From positions 59,770,001 to 59,834,000 of the forward strand of contig NC_086108.1 in NCBI RefSeq assembly GCF_963921235.1: a stretch of 64,000 nt of DNA. The letters are read 5' to 3'. Source of the DNA: Mobula hypostoma. Lineage: Eukaryota. The notes under the pieces were generated by a model that had not been told where the DNA came from, searched no databases, and worked only from the letters and a program-made list of their open reading frames with translations. The translations under genes and the position numbers were made by a program. Below, in pieces: positions 25,251-37,930 of this stretch (its first letter is position 1; every line of letters starts with the position of its first letter).

Positions 25251-25648
25251 TAAGGGAGCTAGGGCTTTACTCTTTGGAGAGAAGGACGATGAAAGGAGAC
25301 ATGATAGAGGTGTACAAGATAATAAGAGGAATAGATAGAGTGGATAGCCAGCACCTCTTCCCCAGAGCACCACTGCTCAATACAAGAGGACATGGCTTTA
25401 AGGTAAGGGGTGGGAAGTTCAAGGGGGATATTAGAGGAAGGTTTTTTACTCAGAGAGTGGTTGGTGCGTGGAATGCACTGCCTGAGTCAGTGGTGGAGGC
25501 AGATACACTTGTGAAGTTTAAGAGACTACTAGACAGGTATATGGAGGAATCTAAGTTGGGGGCTTATATGGGAGGCAGGGTTTGAGGGTCGGCACAGCAC
25601 TGTGGGCCAAAGGGCCTGTACTGTGCTGTACTATTCTATGTTCTATGT
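25251..25648 (+). mobile_element. CR1 3' fragment inserted in the outer Gypsy integrase
   Basis: ORF 25232..25585 is a CR1 C-terminus. (ttctatg)n tail, with tcat duplicated at the junctions. Confidence 0.88.
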
Positions 25649-26417
25649 TCATCACCCAGCAACAAATGGGTTCACTGAAAGGTTTATCCAACCTTCAAGA
25701 AATCCATTAAAGTGATGGACAAGGAGGATATTTTTCTACAGCACCAGGTGGACAACATCCTTTCGTGTATCAGAATTCTGTTCATGTACAACAAATCAAA
25801 CACCCGCAATGCTGTTAATGAGCAGGAATCTGGGATTTTGCATAGACCTCCTGAAACCAGACCTCCAGAGGGAACCACAGAATAAACAGTTCAGCCAGTT
25901 GCCAAGTGAAGCAGTAAGGAGCTTTAAGATTGGACAGGAGGTCCTAGCATGTGATTATTGAGAAGACAAATGAACACCTGGTAGCATGGCTACAAGAGCT
26001 GGACCACAGATGTACACAGTGGATGTTGGAGATCACACATTGAGATATCATATGGACCAGATACTGGATGCTCAAATGACGAATACACCTGAGTCAACTG
26101 CATCCAACAAGATGGACACATTACAGCCACAGGACTTACCTCTCAGTGATGATGTCACTGACAGCAACGTGACATCGGAAACCGAAAACGTTGTCTAAGT
26201 CAAGTCACCTACCAAACCTGATGACACTTCCACAGGTCTAGACACAGGACGAGAAAATTATCATTAACAAGGCACCTACCAAACTGATGCTACTCTACAG
26301 GTCGAGAGGCGTTATCCTGAAAAAAAAGAGCACCACCCAAAAGACTGAATCTTTAGAACTGTGACGGTAGCTATGGTCTGTGATTGTGAAAGCATGTTTA
26401 TTTGGAATATGAGTTAT

Positions 26418-28858
26418 AGAATACAGAACATAGAATAGTACAGCACAGTACAGACCCTTCGGTCCACAATATTATGCCAACCCTCAAACCCTGCCTCCCA
26501 TATAACCCCCCACCTTAAATTCCTCCATATACCTGTCTAGTAGTCTCTTAAATTTCACAAGTGTATCTGCCTCCACCACTGACTCAGACAGTGTATTCCA
26601 CGCACCAACCACTCTCTGAATAAAAAACCTTCCTCTAATATCCCCCTTGAACTTCCCACCCCTTACCTTAAAGTCATGTCCTCTTGTATTGAGCAGTGGT
26701 GCCCTGGGGAAGAGGCACAGGCTATCCACTCTATCTATTCCAATTAATATCTTGTATACCTCTATCATGTCTCCTCTCATCCTCCTTCGCTCCAAAGAGT
26801 AAAGCCCTAGCTCCCTTAATCTCTGATCATAATACATACTCTCTAAACCAGGCAGCATCTGGTAAATCTCCTCTGTACCCTTTCCAATGCTTCCACATTC
26901 TTCCTATAGTGAGGTGATCAGAACTGGACACAGTACTCCAAGTGTGGCCTAACCAGAGTTTTATAGAGCTGCACCTTTACCTCGCGACTCTTAAAAACTA
27001 TCCCTCGACTTATGAAAGCTAACACCCCATAAGCTTTCTTAACTATCCTATCTACCTGTGAGGCAATTTTCAGGGATCTGTGGACATGTACCCCCAGATC
27101 CCTCTGCTCCTCCACACTACCAAGTATCCTGCCTTGGAGTTTGTTCTTCCAAAGTGTACCACCTCACATTTCTCCGGGTTGAACTCCATCTGCCACTTCT
27201 CAGCCCACTTCTGCAACCTATCAATGTCTCTCTGCAATCTTCGACAATCCTCTACACTATCTACAACACCACCAACCTTTGTGACATCTGCAAACTTGCT
27301 AACCTACCCTTCTACCCCCACATCCAGGTCATTAATTAAAATCACGAGTGTTAGATGTCCCAGAACCGATGCTTGTGGGACACCACTAGTCACAACCCTC
27401 CAATCTGAATGTACTCCCTCCACCATGACCCTCTGCCTTCTGCAGGCAAGCCAATTCTGAATCCACCTGGCCATACTTCCCTGGATCCCATGCTTTCTGA
27501 CTTTCTGAATAAGCCTACCATTTGGAACCTTGTCAAATGCCTTATGAAAATCCATGTAGTTCATATCCACTACAGTACCCTCATCTATATGCCTGGTCAC
27601 CTCCTCAAAGAGCTCTATCAGGCTTGTTAGACACAATCTACCCTTCACAAAGCCATGCTGACTGTCCCTGATCAGACCATGATTCTCTAAATAGCCATAG
27701 ATCCTATCTCTAACAATCTTTTCCAACAGCTTTCCCACCACAGACGTAAAGCTCACTGGTCTATAATTACCCGGACTATCCCTACTACCTTTTTTGAACA
27801 AGAGAATAACATTCGCCTTCCTCCAATCCTCTGGTACCATTCCCATGGACAACGAGAACATAAAGATCCTAGCCAGAGGCTCAGCAATCTCTTCCCTCGC
27901 CTCGTGGAGCAGCATGGGGGCTATTCCGTCAGGCCCCGGGGACTTAAACTTCCTCATGTATTTTAACAACTCCAACACCTCCTCTCCCTTAATATCAACA
28001 TGCTTCAGAACATCAACCTCACTTATATTGTCCTCACCATCATCAAGTTCCCTCTCATTGGTGAATATCGAAGAGAAGTATTCATTGAGGACCTCGCTCA
28101 CTTCCACAGCCTCCAGGCACATCTTTCCACCTTTATCTCTAATCGGTCCTACCTTCACTCCTGTCATCCTTTTGTTCTTAACTTAATTGAAGAATGCCTT
28201 GGAGTTTTCCTTTACCCTACTCGCCAAGGCCTTCTCATGTCCCCTTCTTGCTCTTCTCAGCCCCTTCTTAAGCTCCTTTCTTGCTACCTTATATTCCTCA
28301 ATAGACCCATCTGATCCTTGCTTCCTAAACCTTGGATTCTTTCAAAAAAGAGTTACATAGAGCTCTTAAAGATAGCAGAGTGAAGGGATATGGAGAGAAG
28401 GCAGGAAAAGGGTACTGATTGTGAATGATCAGCCATGATCACAGTGAATGGTGGTGCTGGCTCAAAGGGCTGAATGGCCTTTTCCTGCACCTATTGTCTA
28501 TTGTTTATTGTCTACTGTATGCTGCCTTCTTCCATCTGACTAGATTTTCCACCTCACTTGTCATCCATGGTTCCTTCACCCTACCATTCTTTATCTTCCT
28601 GACCGGTACAAATTTATCCCTAACATCCTGCAAGAGATCTCTAAACATCGACCACATGTCCATAGTACGTATCCCTGCAAAATCATCATCCCGATTCACA
28701 CCCGCAAGTTCTAGCCTTATAGCCTCGTAATTTGCCTTTCCCCAATTAAAAATGTTCCTGTCCTCTCTGATTCTATCCTTTTCCATGATAATGCTAAATG
28801 CCAGGGAGCGGTGGTCACTGTTCCCCAGATGCTCACCCACTGACAGATCTGTGACCTG
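26418..28858 (-). mobile_element. CR1 LINE (same subfamily as 3060-6250), 5'-truncated
   Basis: ORFs 26484..26858, 27304..28167 and 28505..28840 are nearly identical in translation to those at 3124-5816. Confidence 0.95.
28334..28516 (+). mobile_element. CR1 3' UTR fragment nested in the CR1 above
   Basis: gatcagccatgatc..gaatggcct..cctgcacc followed by a (ctattgt)n tail. Confidence 0.8.
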
Positions 28859-30019
28859 AAAGGAAAATTGAATGTTTTATGGTGCATTAATCTAAAGGGG
28901 GAGGAAGTCTAATGCATGCATCAATTTCTTTTTGAGCAATGACGCCCCCTCCCCCCTTAGCACTACCTATTGATCAGTTGTCTACACATGCGCATTGCTC
29001 TCTCTCTCTTTCTCATTGCAATGTGAATGCACCAGTTAAATCCATCTCCCATGTGTGTGCTTTTATTTAATTGATATGTAGTTGTGCACAGACACAACAG
29101 AAATGACATTAAACCAAACTGACTCTTGAATTTTTCCCTGCACCTTAAGACCTGTTTAACTTCTCCAGTTCTAATGAAATGTCATTGACCTGAAATGTTA
29201 ACATTTTTTCTATATATCTGACTTAATAATTGGTTCCAATTTTTCCTGTCTCTATTTCAGATTTCCAGCATGAGCAGAGTTTTGCTTCTGAGTTCATTTT
29301 TCCCCCCACTTCCCTTTCCCCATATAGTACATGTTAATATATTCCGACATTTCCTACATAACATTGACGGCTGACACTGGGATTACTGAATACCTCTTGA
29401 AAATTTCAAGCATCACCGTCTGACAGATTCAACACAAAATTTTCTGTCTAGTGACCAGATATCCAACATATATATCCAAATCTTTATAGAGGGTTACTTC
29501 TGAATATTTTTTGATAATTCTTGATCATAACTGCTGATGATATTTTAAAAAAAGTCCCCATTCCACCACTGGTTACTTTATCAAATACAATTAAATTAAA
29601 TGAGAGGCGATTTCATCTGCCTGATGAGGTAGCTAATTGGGTGCAGAATGAATGGTGTGGTTGCTGCTCATGACAGCCTCCTGTATTTCAAACTGGTGTG
29701 TGAATGGAAGGAATTTCCCAATTAGGTTTGGGAAATTTTGCATTTAATGAGTAAAAGGGCATAAAAAAAGATATCCTCTGGGAGCCTTAATTTCAAATTG
29801 ACATACCTGAATTTTAAAACCCTGAGCATCCTTCTGGAAGTTTACAGAATACCTCTCTTTGCGTTTATTCTCATTAATTTACACCACTGCTTTTATCTAA
29901 TTCTTCTGGCCAGCTGTCTGAAGAATTGCAGTCCTAATTGCATTTCAGAAGCTTTCAGTGTCACCACAATGGGAAAATTTATACAGTTTTTGTAGGTTGG
30001 AAGCTCTGTCCAGGAACTA

Positions 30020-30138
30020 AAGAAGAAGCTATATTTTTCTTTCCAACATGTCTGTATGGTTAATATTTCCTTCCTTGGACCTAGAGAAGAAGCTTTATCT
30101 TTCTTTCCAGCATGTCTGTATTGTTAGCATTTCCTTCC
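30020..30138. repeat. Local tandem duplication, period ~64 bp
   Basis: agaagaagct.tat.tttctttcca.catgtctgtat.gtta..atttccttcc occurs twice. Confidence 0.75.
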
Positions 30139-31071
30139 AAATAATGAAAGTACACTTCCCATCAGAAACTTTGCTTTCCTAAGAATCTTTCTGCCGGATT
30201 GTGGAATTCTGTTTTTTTTTCAGGAGGCATCTAAAGTTATTTATTAAAGTGATTCTGAAAAGCTTATTATTTTTTCATATATCTATTCTGTTAATGTTCA
30301 AGCAGGTGAATGAGGAATGCACCAGTCATTGGAGTGATTTGGAAGCTTTTATTTCACTGAAGATTTAGGAGTAGAAGACAATGTTGCATTAATAAGCAAT
30401 GGCAGTTCCTATTGGATGGAGATGGGTCAGAGAGTTAATGAAGTCATATCTCTGCCCTGAACCCGAGGGAGAGAAAAGAAGGTGATGGTTATTTTCAGCA
30501 CCACTGACAAGTTAAGTGTGCTGAATGTTTCCTTTCTGTCTTATGTCAGCTTACAGCTTACATTGGTACTTTTGCTGCTAGATCTGTTGGAGGATTGCAC
30601 AGCTCTGGAGCAGCTATTCATAAAGTGTATGTCTTATAATAATGACTTCTTGTATAAAATGTAACAAGAAATAAATATGAAGCACATTTACAATATACAC
30701 TACAAACATCCTGCACATCCTCAGCTTCACAAAAAATATGAGGAAGAAGCAATTAAATAGATTTGGATGTATTAGACCCTCTTCATGTCTAACATCCAAT
30801 CATCTCTTGAGGCTAATTATTTTTCACCTCAATAGTTATATTTCTGTGCCAGCAAACTCCTCTTTTCCATTTTTCTTAATTTACTTTCAGTCATCTGATG
30901 TTTAAGCTCTTCACAGTTCCTACCAATAATAGGTTCATGCATCAGAAATCTTAAAATGTTTTTGACATTTGGAGGTACTTGATAATTGACATATTTAACA
31001 GAAATATCTGTTCAACACTATTAACTGACTGAAGGAAATAAGCTACCTGAGTCCTGATCCTTGCCCCCTTG

Positions 31072-31475
31072 CCAACACTCTATTCTCTGGAGTTTCGAAG
31101 AATAAGTGGTGACCTCCTTGAAACATACATAAGTCTAAAAGGGCTTGATACGATAGATTCTGGGAGGATTTATTTTCTGGCTAAGGAGTGTGCAGTTACG
31201 GACCACAGCTCCAAAATGACAGGTGAGCTATTTAGAAAAGAAGTGAGAATTTTTTTCACTCGAGGACCTTTAAAGTTCTTGACCCGGGGCGCTTCAAGAG
31301 ATTCAGTATTGATTGCATTCACTTCAAGAACTGACGGATTTTAGGATAATAAAGTAATCAAGTGATATGGGGAGAAACCAGGAAAATGATGTTGAGGTGA
31401 GAGATCAACGATAATCTTGTTGAATGATAAAGCAAATTTGATGGACTGAATGGCCAAAATATTCCTATTTCTGAT
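31072..31475 (+). mobile_element. Old CR1 3' fragment
   Basis: LYSLEFRRISGDLLETY remnant and gaatggcc 3' UTR. Confidence 0.75.
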
Positions 31476-33568
31476 AGTCTTATTTTAATATCCATTTGAT
31501 TCTGCAGAGGCAGCAGTTGGATTTTTGCTTCAACGTCAGTCCCTGTTACTGGATTATAGCAGAATTTGCATTTACACTGATTTTTTCTGCTATAGCGAGA
31601 AAGAATCAAAGATCAAAATTATCATCCAGCATATCATTAGGGATAAGTAATTGAGAGGTCTTTGCATTCAAAGTGAATATTCAAAAGAAGAAACAGTAAA
31701 TGTCATCCTCCCTCAAGTATTTAACACTGCTATTAAATGCAATGGACAGCATGTAATAATTAGCAGTGTTTGGAAATGAAACTTCTACATTGATTCCATT
31801 ACCACTTTGAATATTTCCTGGCTCTCAGTATTCTCAGTGATTTATTAAGCAAGGCTCTGACTAGGGGAATCACTGCATGCCTCAGAACCGTAACTAATAC
31901 AACCTGGCTGGTTTATTTAAATTAGTAAAGATGGGCAAGAAACTGTGACATAATGTAGTGGCACACAGGAGCTCAGTGTGTTGCAGCCTGCTTTCTTTTC
32001 CTTGATATTTCACATGATATAAACCTGCACTCAGCAGGCCCAACTGCTGGAGGCAGCCACCATATGTGTGACATTAGACATCACCAAGGGGAACATCAAG
32101 GAAAAAGATACATGCATTCATGGCTGTCAACTTGCTATTGGTTGATGTAAAGCAGTATGGCGTTCATAAAAATGTTTTCCATGGTTTTTGTGAAGACAAG
32201 GCCTTCATTATGATTGAAGGTTTTTCATGCCTTGCTCTTAGCCTCTATTAGCACAAAATGGCTATAATCACATCCTACATACTGCTCCTGTGATTCTTCT
32301 GATGTTCATTGGCTGCAAGTGCAGACCCAAATATTATAATGTCTGCCAATTAGAACAGATTGTAAAAATTGCCATTTGTAACTGAAGTGATTTTGTAACG
32401 TTTTTGGATGGCACAGTACAGAGGGATGCCATTCTACCCATCATTCCTGTTACAAACCCCTTGATCATATCATATGCCTGCAAAATGTTTTCTCTTCAAT
32501 TATTTGTCTGATTCTTTTTTTTTGCAGTTACTATTAAATCTGCTGTTAACATCTTTCCTGGCAATCTGCTGCAGATCATAGCAACTCACTTTGTAACAGA
32601 AGTTTTTCTGATCTTTTCTCCACAAGAAAAAATTTCATCTTGGTTACTCTGACAACGCTATTAGTTAACTTTCTTTGCCAGAGTGGGCACAGCCCAATTC
32701 ATCTCTAGTTAATCTCACCTGCACATTCTTCATGGCATTGATATCCCTTCCAATGTGTGATATCTAGAACTGGCCAAAGTCCTCTAGCCACAGCTTAGTT
32801 ATTGATTTGTAAAGGTTTGGGCTTGACATCATAACCTTTGTACTTCATGTGGCTAGATCTCAACACATTCTCAGGTTGTCATTCTATCAAGATTTGAGCT
32901 CATTAACCAATTAATAATTGCTCAGATTATTGCATCTGTTAAAGTAATGATCGGCATCCAAATAGGCAAAATATTTATTCATCTGTCCTAAAATACGTAG
33001 TTTCTTGGGTACTGTGATGTTTGTTTGGTGGATATTTCATAACGGGGGTGATGCGAACAGTGAAAGTATAATTCACTTATGTCTATAAAGAAGTGCTTTT
33101 TTCAAGAATTGTGGAGACTGATACCTGACAGTTGGCTCACTATTTGTTCAGTCATATGGCAAATGATTCCTGCTGAGAAGCAATTATTCTATCCAGGCAA
33201 AAAAAAAACACAAATATCACAAATGTTGCCTGTGTTGGAAAATAATCAATAATCTATCAGGATTTTCAGAGTTATTGCACCATGAAAATAACCTATCAAG
33301 TAAAAAAAAAATTTCATGATGTGTGGAATTATTTGACAAATACTATAATTCTAATTAATTGAAGTAACATCAATGTGACTCTGTGTAGGTTCTATTGAAT
33401 CTAAAACATACAGATGAATAATGTTAACTCCATAAATATTACCCTAAATCCTGACTACATTTTTTAATCACTAATTTTAAAACTCTGCTTCAAATAAAGT
33501 TGGCCCCATATGAGGAAAATATTGACTTCAAATATTAGTGTGAAGTTACAGCACTTGAAAGCCTATAT

Positions 33569-34241
33569 TAGATTAGATTATGAGGACAAGCAGTCCTCTT
33601 TTATTGTCATTTAGTAATGCATGCATTAAGAAATGATACAATGTTCCTGCAGTGTGATATCACAGAAACACAAGACAGACCAAGACTGAAACACTGACAA
33701 AAACCACATAGTTATAACATATACTTACAACAGTGCAAGCAATACCGTAATTTGATAAAGAACAGACCATGAGCATTGTAAAAAAAAAGTCTCAAAGTCT
33801 CTCGAAAGTCCCAACATTTCACGCAGACGGTAGAAGGAAGAAAACTCTCCCTGCCATGAGCTTCCACAAACTTGCCGATGCAGCATCCTGGAAGCACCTG
33901 ACCACAGTCTGACTCTCAGTCCATCTGAAAATTTCGAGCCTCCAACCAGCCCTCCGACGCCGAGCACCAAGCAGCGTCTCTGCCGAGCGCTTTGACCCCA
34001 ACCCCGGCCGCCAGCGACAGGCAAAGCCAAGGATTTAGGGCCTTCGCTCCAGAGATTCTCGATCGCACAGTAGCAGCAGCAGCGAACCGGGCATTTCAGA
34101 AGTTTCTCCAGATGTTCCTCCATGCTTCTTACGTTCGTCTCTATCAAATCAGGATTGTGCATGGCCCCTATTTAACAAATACGATATCATTTCACCGGAG
34201 AGGCCGCATGCGCTGTGTCACGCCGCCATCTTCTCCTCCCT
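33569..34241 (-). mobile_element. Unclassified ~670-bp non-coding retroposon, copy 1, full-length with TSD
   Basis: Reverse complement of 62995-63679. 5' end GGAGGAGAAGATGGCGGCG, 3' AATAAA plus (aatct)n tail. TSD cctatat at 33562-33568 and 34242-34248. Confidence 0.85.
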
Positions 34242-34295
34242 CCTATATGATTAGGGAAATGTTGGAGCTGTTTCTGTTTGACTCTGTTTGTATAT

Positions 34296-37200
34296 AAGAC
34301 CATAAGACAAAGGAGCAGAAGTCAGCCATTTGGCCCATCGAGTCTGCTCCACCATTTTATCATGAGCTGATCCATTCTCCCATTTAGTCCCACTCCCTCG
34401 CCTTCTCACCATAACCTTTGATGCCCTGGCTACTCAGATACCTATCAATCTCTGCCATAAATACACCCAATGACTTGACCTCCACTGCTGCCCGTGGCAA
34501 CAAATTCCATAGATTCACCACCCTCTGGCTAAAAAAATTTCTTCGCATTTCTGTTCTGAATGGGCGCCCTTTAATCCTTAAGTCATGCCCTCTTGTACTA
34601 GACTCCCCCATCGTGGAGAGTCTAGTGGCAAAGAAGTGGCAAATGAAATACAATGTTGGAAAGTGTATGGTTATGTACTTTGGCAGAAAAAATAAATAGG
34701 CAGACTATTATTTAAATGGGGAAAGAATTCAAAGTTCTGAGATGCAACAGAACTTGGGAGTCCTCGTACAGGATACCCTTAAGGTTAACCTCCAGGTTGA
34801 GTCAGTGGTGAAGAAGATGAATGCAATGTTGGCATTCACTTCTAGATGAATAGAGTATAGGAGCAGGATGTGATGTTGAGGCTCTATAAGGCGCTGGTGA
34901 GACATCACTTGGAGTACTGTGGGCAGTTTTGGTCTCCTTATTTAAGAAGGGATGTGCTGACATTGGAGAGGGTACAGAGAAGATTCACTAGAAAGATTCC
35001 GGGAATGAGAGGGTTAACATATGAGGAACGTTTGTCCACTCTTGGACTGTATTCCTTGGAGTTTAGAAGAATGAGGGGAGACCTCATAGAAACATTTCGA
35101 ATGTTGAAAGGCATGGACAGAGTGGATGTGGCAAAGTTGTTTCCCATGATGGGGGTGTCTAGTACGAGAGGGCATGACTTAGGGATTGAAGGGCGCCCAT
35201 TCAGAACAGAAATGCGATGAAATTTTTTTAGCCAGAGGGTGGTGAATCTATGGAATTTGTTGCCACGGGCAGCAGTGGAGGCCAAGTCATTGGGTGTATT
35301 TATGGCAGAGATTGATAGGTATCTGAGTAGCCAGGGCATCAAAGGTTATGGTGAGAAGGCGGGGGAGTGGGACTAAATGGGAGAATGGATCAGCTCATGA
35401 TAAAATGGCAGGGCAGACTCGATGGGCCAAATGGCCGACTTCTGCTCCTTTGTCTTATGGTCTTATGGTCTAATTTTTGCTTCCTTGTATGTCCTTTGCT
35501 TTAACTTTGGCTTTGACTTCTCTAGTCAACGACGGTCGCATCCTTTTTCCATTCGAAAATTTCTTCTTTTTTGAAATATATCTGTCTTGCACCTTCCTCA
35601 CTTCCTGCATAAACTCCAGCCACTGCTGCTCTGTCGTCCCTCCCGCCAATGTCTCTTTCCAGTCAACTTTGGCCAGTTCCTCCCTCATGCCACTGCCATT
35701 TCTTTCACTCCACTGAAATACCGACACATCAGATTTCGGCTTCTCTTTTTCAAATTTCACAGTGAACTCAATCATGTTATGACCACTGTCTCCTAAGGGT
35801 TCCTTCACCTCAATCTCTCTAATCACCTCTGGTTCATTACACAATACTGAATCCAGTCCAGCCGATCCCCTAGTGGGCTCAACAACAACCTGTTCTTAAA
35901 AGCCATCTCGCAGACATTCTACAAATTCTCTCTCTTGAGATCCAGTGCCGACCTGATTTTCCCAATCCACTCGCATGTTAAAATCCCCAACATTTAACAT
36001 CACACTGCCCTTCTGACAAGCCTTTTCTATTTCCTGTTGTAATTTGTAGTCCACATCACTGCAGCTGTTTGGAGGCCTATAAATAACTGCCACCAGGGTC
36101 CTTTTACCCCTGCGATTTCTTAGCTCAACCCATAAAGATTCTGCACCTTCTGATCCTATATCACCTCTTTCTAATGATTTAATATCATTTCTTACCAATA
36201 AAGCCATGCCTCCCCCTCTGCCTACCTTCCTATCCTTCCGATACACCGTGTATCTTTGGACGTTCAGCTCCCAGAGACATGCATCCTTTAGCCACGTCTC
36301 AGTGATGGCCACAATATCATACCTGCCAATCTGTAGCTGTACGACAAGATCATCCACCTTATTCCTTATGTTGCGTGCATTTAAGTATAACACCTTAAGA
36401 CCAGTATTTGGTACTTTTCACTTTGATTGCACTGCAACTCGTCCCAATGGCTACAAATTTGCCCCATCACCTGCCTGTCTTTCCTGAGAACTTTACTGCT
36501 CACTATCTTAGATTTATTTCTGTTTTCCCCTTCCTCCGCTATCATTCTGGTTCCCATCCCCCTGCTAAATTAATTTAAACCCTCCCTAACAGCTCTATTA
36601 AACCTTCCTGCCAGGATGTTGGTCCCCTTCGGGTTCAGGTGTAACGTCTCCATTTTGAACAGGTCATACTTCCCCCAGAAAAGATCCCAATTATCCAAGA
36701 ATCTGAAGCCCTGCCCCCTGCACCAGTCCCTCAGCCACACATTCATCTGCCTTATCTGCCTGATCCTACTATTCTTGCCCTCGCTAGCACGTGGCACAGG
36801 TAGCAATCCCAAGATTACTACCCTGGAGGTCCTGCTTCTCAGCTTCCTTCCTAACTCCCAGAAATCTCTCTTCAGGGCCTCCTCCCTTGTCCTATCTACA
36901 TCATTGGTACCAACATGTACCAAGACAACTGGCCGCTTGCCCTCCCTCTTCAGAATATTCTGGACCCGATCCGAGACATCCTGTACCCTGGCACCTGGGA
37001 GGCAACACACCACGTGGGTATCTCTATCAGGCTCACAGAATCTCCTGTCCGTTCCCCTGACTATGGAACCCCCTATGACTACCGCATTCCTCTTCTCCCT
37101 TCTTCCCTCCTGCACAACAGCACCAGGCTCAGTGCCAGAGACCTGGTCACCATGGGCGTCTGCTGTCAGGTCATCCCCCTCAACAGCATCCAGAACAAGA

Positions 37201-37930
37201 TATTTGTTGCTGAGGGGGACGGCCACAGGTGTGCTCTCCACTATCCGGGCATTTCCCTTCCCTCTCTTGACAGTGACTCAGTTTTCTGACCCCTGTAGCC
37301 TAGGGATGACTACCTCCCTGTAGCTCCTGTCTATCACCTCTTCACTTTCCCTGATAAGCAGTAGGTCATCAAGCTGCAGCTCCAGATCTCTAACACGGTT
37401 TCTGAGGAGCTGCAACTCGGTGCACCTGGCGCAGATGTGGCCATCAGGGAGGCTGGAGGTCTCCCAGGATTCCCACATCTGACACCCTGAACAAAACACT
37501 AACCTTGCAGGCATGCTATCTAATTCTACAGGAACGAAACAGGAAAAATACGTCTACTCACCCACTTACCTCGCCAAACAGATGAACTTTTTAAACCGTT
37601 AGCTCGTACCGTTAGCTGTGAGAGCCCTGCTGTTCCTGTCTGTCCAGGCCGATTTACGAAAGTTGGTGGGGGGTGGGGAGAAAAAAGAAAGAGTTGGTGC
37701 TTCGCTCTCACCTCTTCCCGTTTACCGCCGAAGCCCGTTGAAGTCAAAGCCCTACACTCTGCTACCACTCACTCCGCTGCCCGCTGTATAGGGTGCTTTC
37801 CTTTTTAAACTCTCTGCGCTGTCCTGTCTACGTCACGCGCCTGCACAGTCTCGTCCTTCTTGTACTCGAAGAAGTTTTTAAATAAACTGCCTTCCTTCAG
37901 AATTCAGCTCCCACGCTGCTCTGTAGTTCC
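34296..37930 (-). mobile_element. CR1 LINE with 5' UTR, ORF1 and endonuclease; RT middle missing; inverted 3' segment at 34614-35470
   Basis: 3' tail at 34296 on the minus strand. A plus-strand CR1 3' part runs 34614-35470. Endonuclease ORFs 35470..36393 (YLNARNIRNK, ITETWL, GDFN). ORF1 at 36570-37514. Confidence 0.9.
36570..37514 (-). pseudogene. CR1 ORF1: N-terminal C4 zinc finger/coiled coil plus SGNH (GDSL) esterase, one in-frame stop
   Basis: ORFs 37278..37514 (CSGC..CARC, heptad leucines) and 36570..37241 (VIGGSIVRG, CLPGA, HVGTND, TLHLN) are in the same frame. Confidence 0.85.

Larger units (their letters stand above)
14739..29099 (+). mobile_element. Older Gypsy LTR retrotransposon (RT largely deleted) hosting nested insertions
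   Basis: 5' LTR 14739-14856 (tgtaatg..acaaca) and 3' LTR 28908-29099 share cccatgtgtgtgcttttatttaat..atatgtagttgt..acacaaca. PBS-like ttgacgacaag, PPT aaagggggaggaag (28894-28907), TSD gtaat/gaaat. gag at 15009-15410 resuming ~24107, protease ELDT at ~24560, integrase (VHIDF, SDNGPQY, HPATNG) at 24990-25700. Confidence 0.85.

Noticed and set aside
29621..29650. ctgatgaggtag: possible hammerhead core or let-7 seed
   Set aside because: There is no stem II plus GAAA arrangement, and the match to let-7 ends after 8 nt with no precursor hairpin.
33725..34162. 145-aa ORF in the unclassified retroposon (and 120 aa at 63175..63537)
   Set aside because: Frames differ and shift between the two copies and no domain is recognisable, so it is treated as non-coding.
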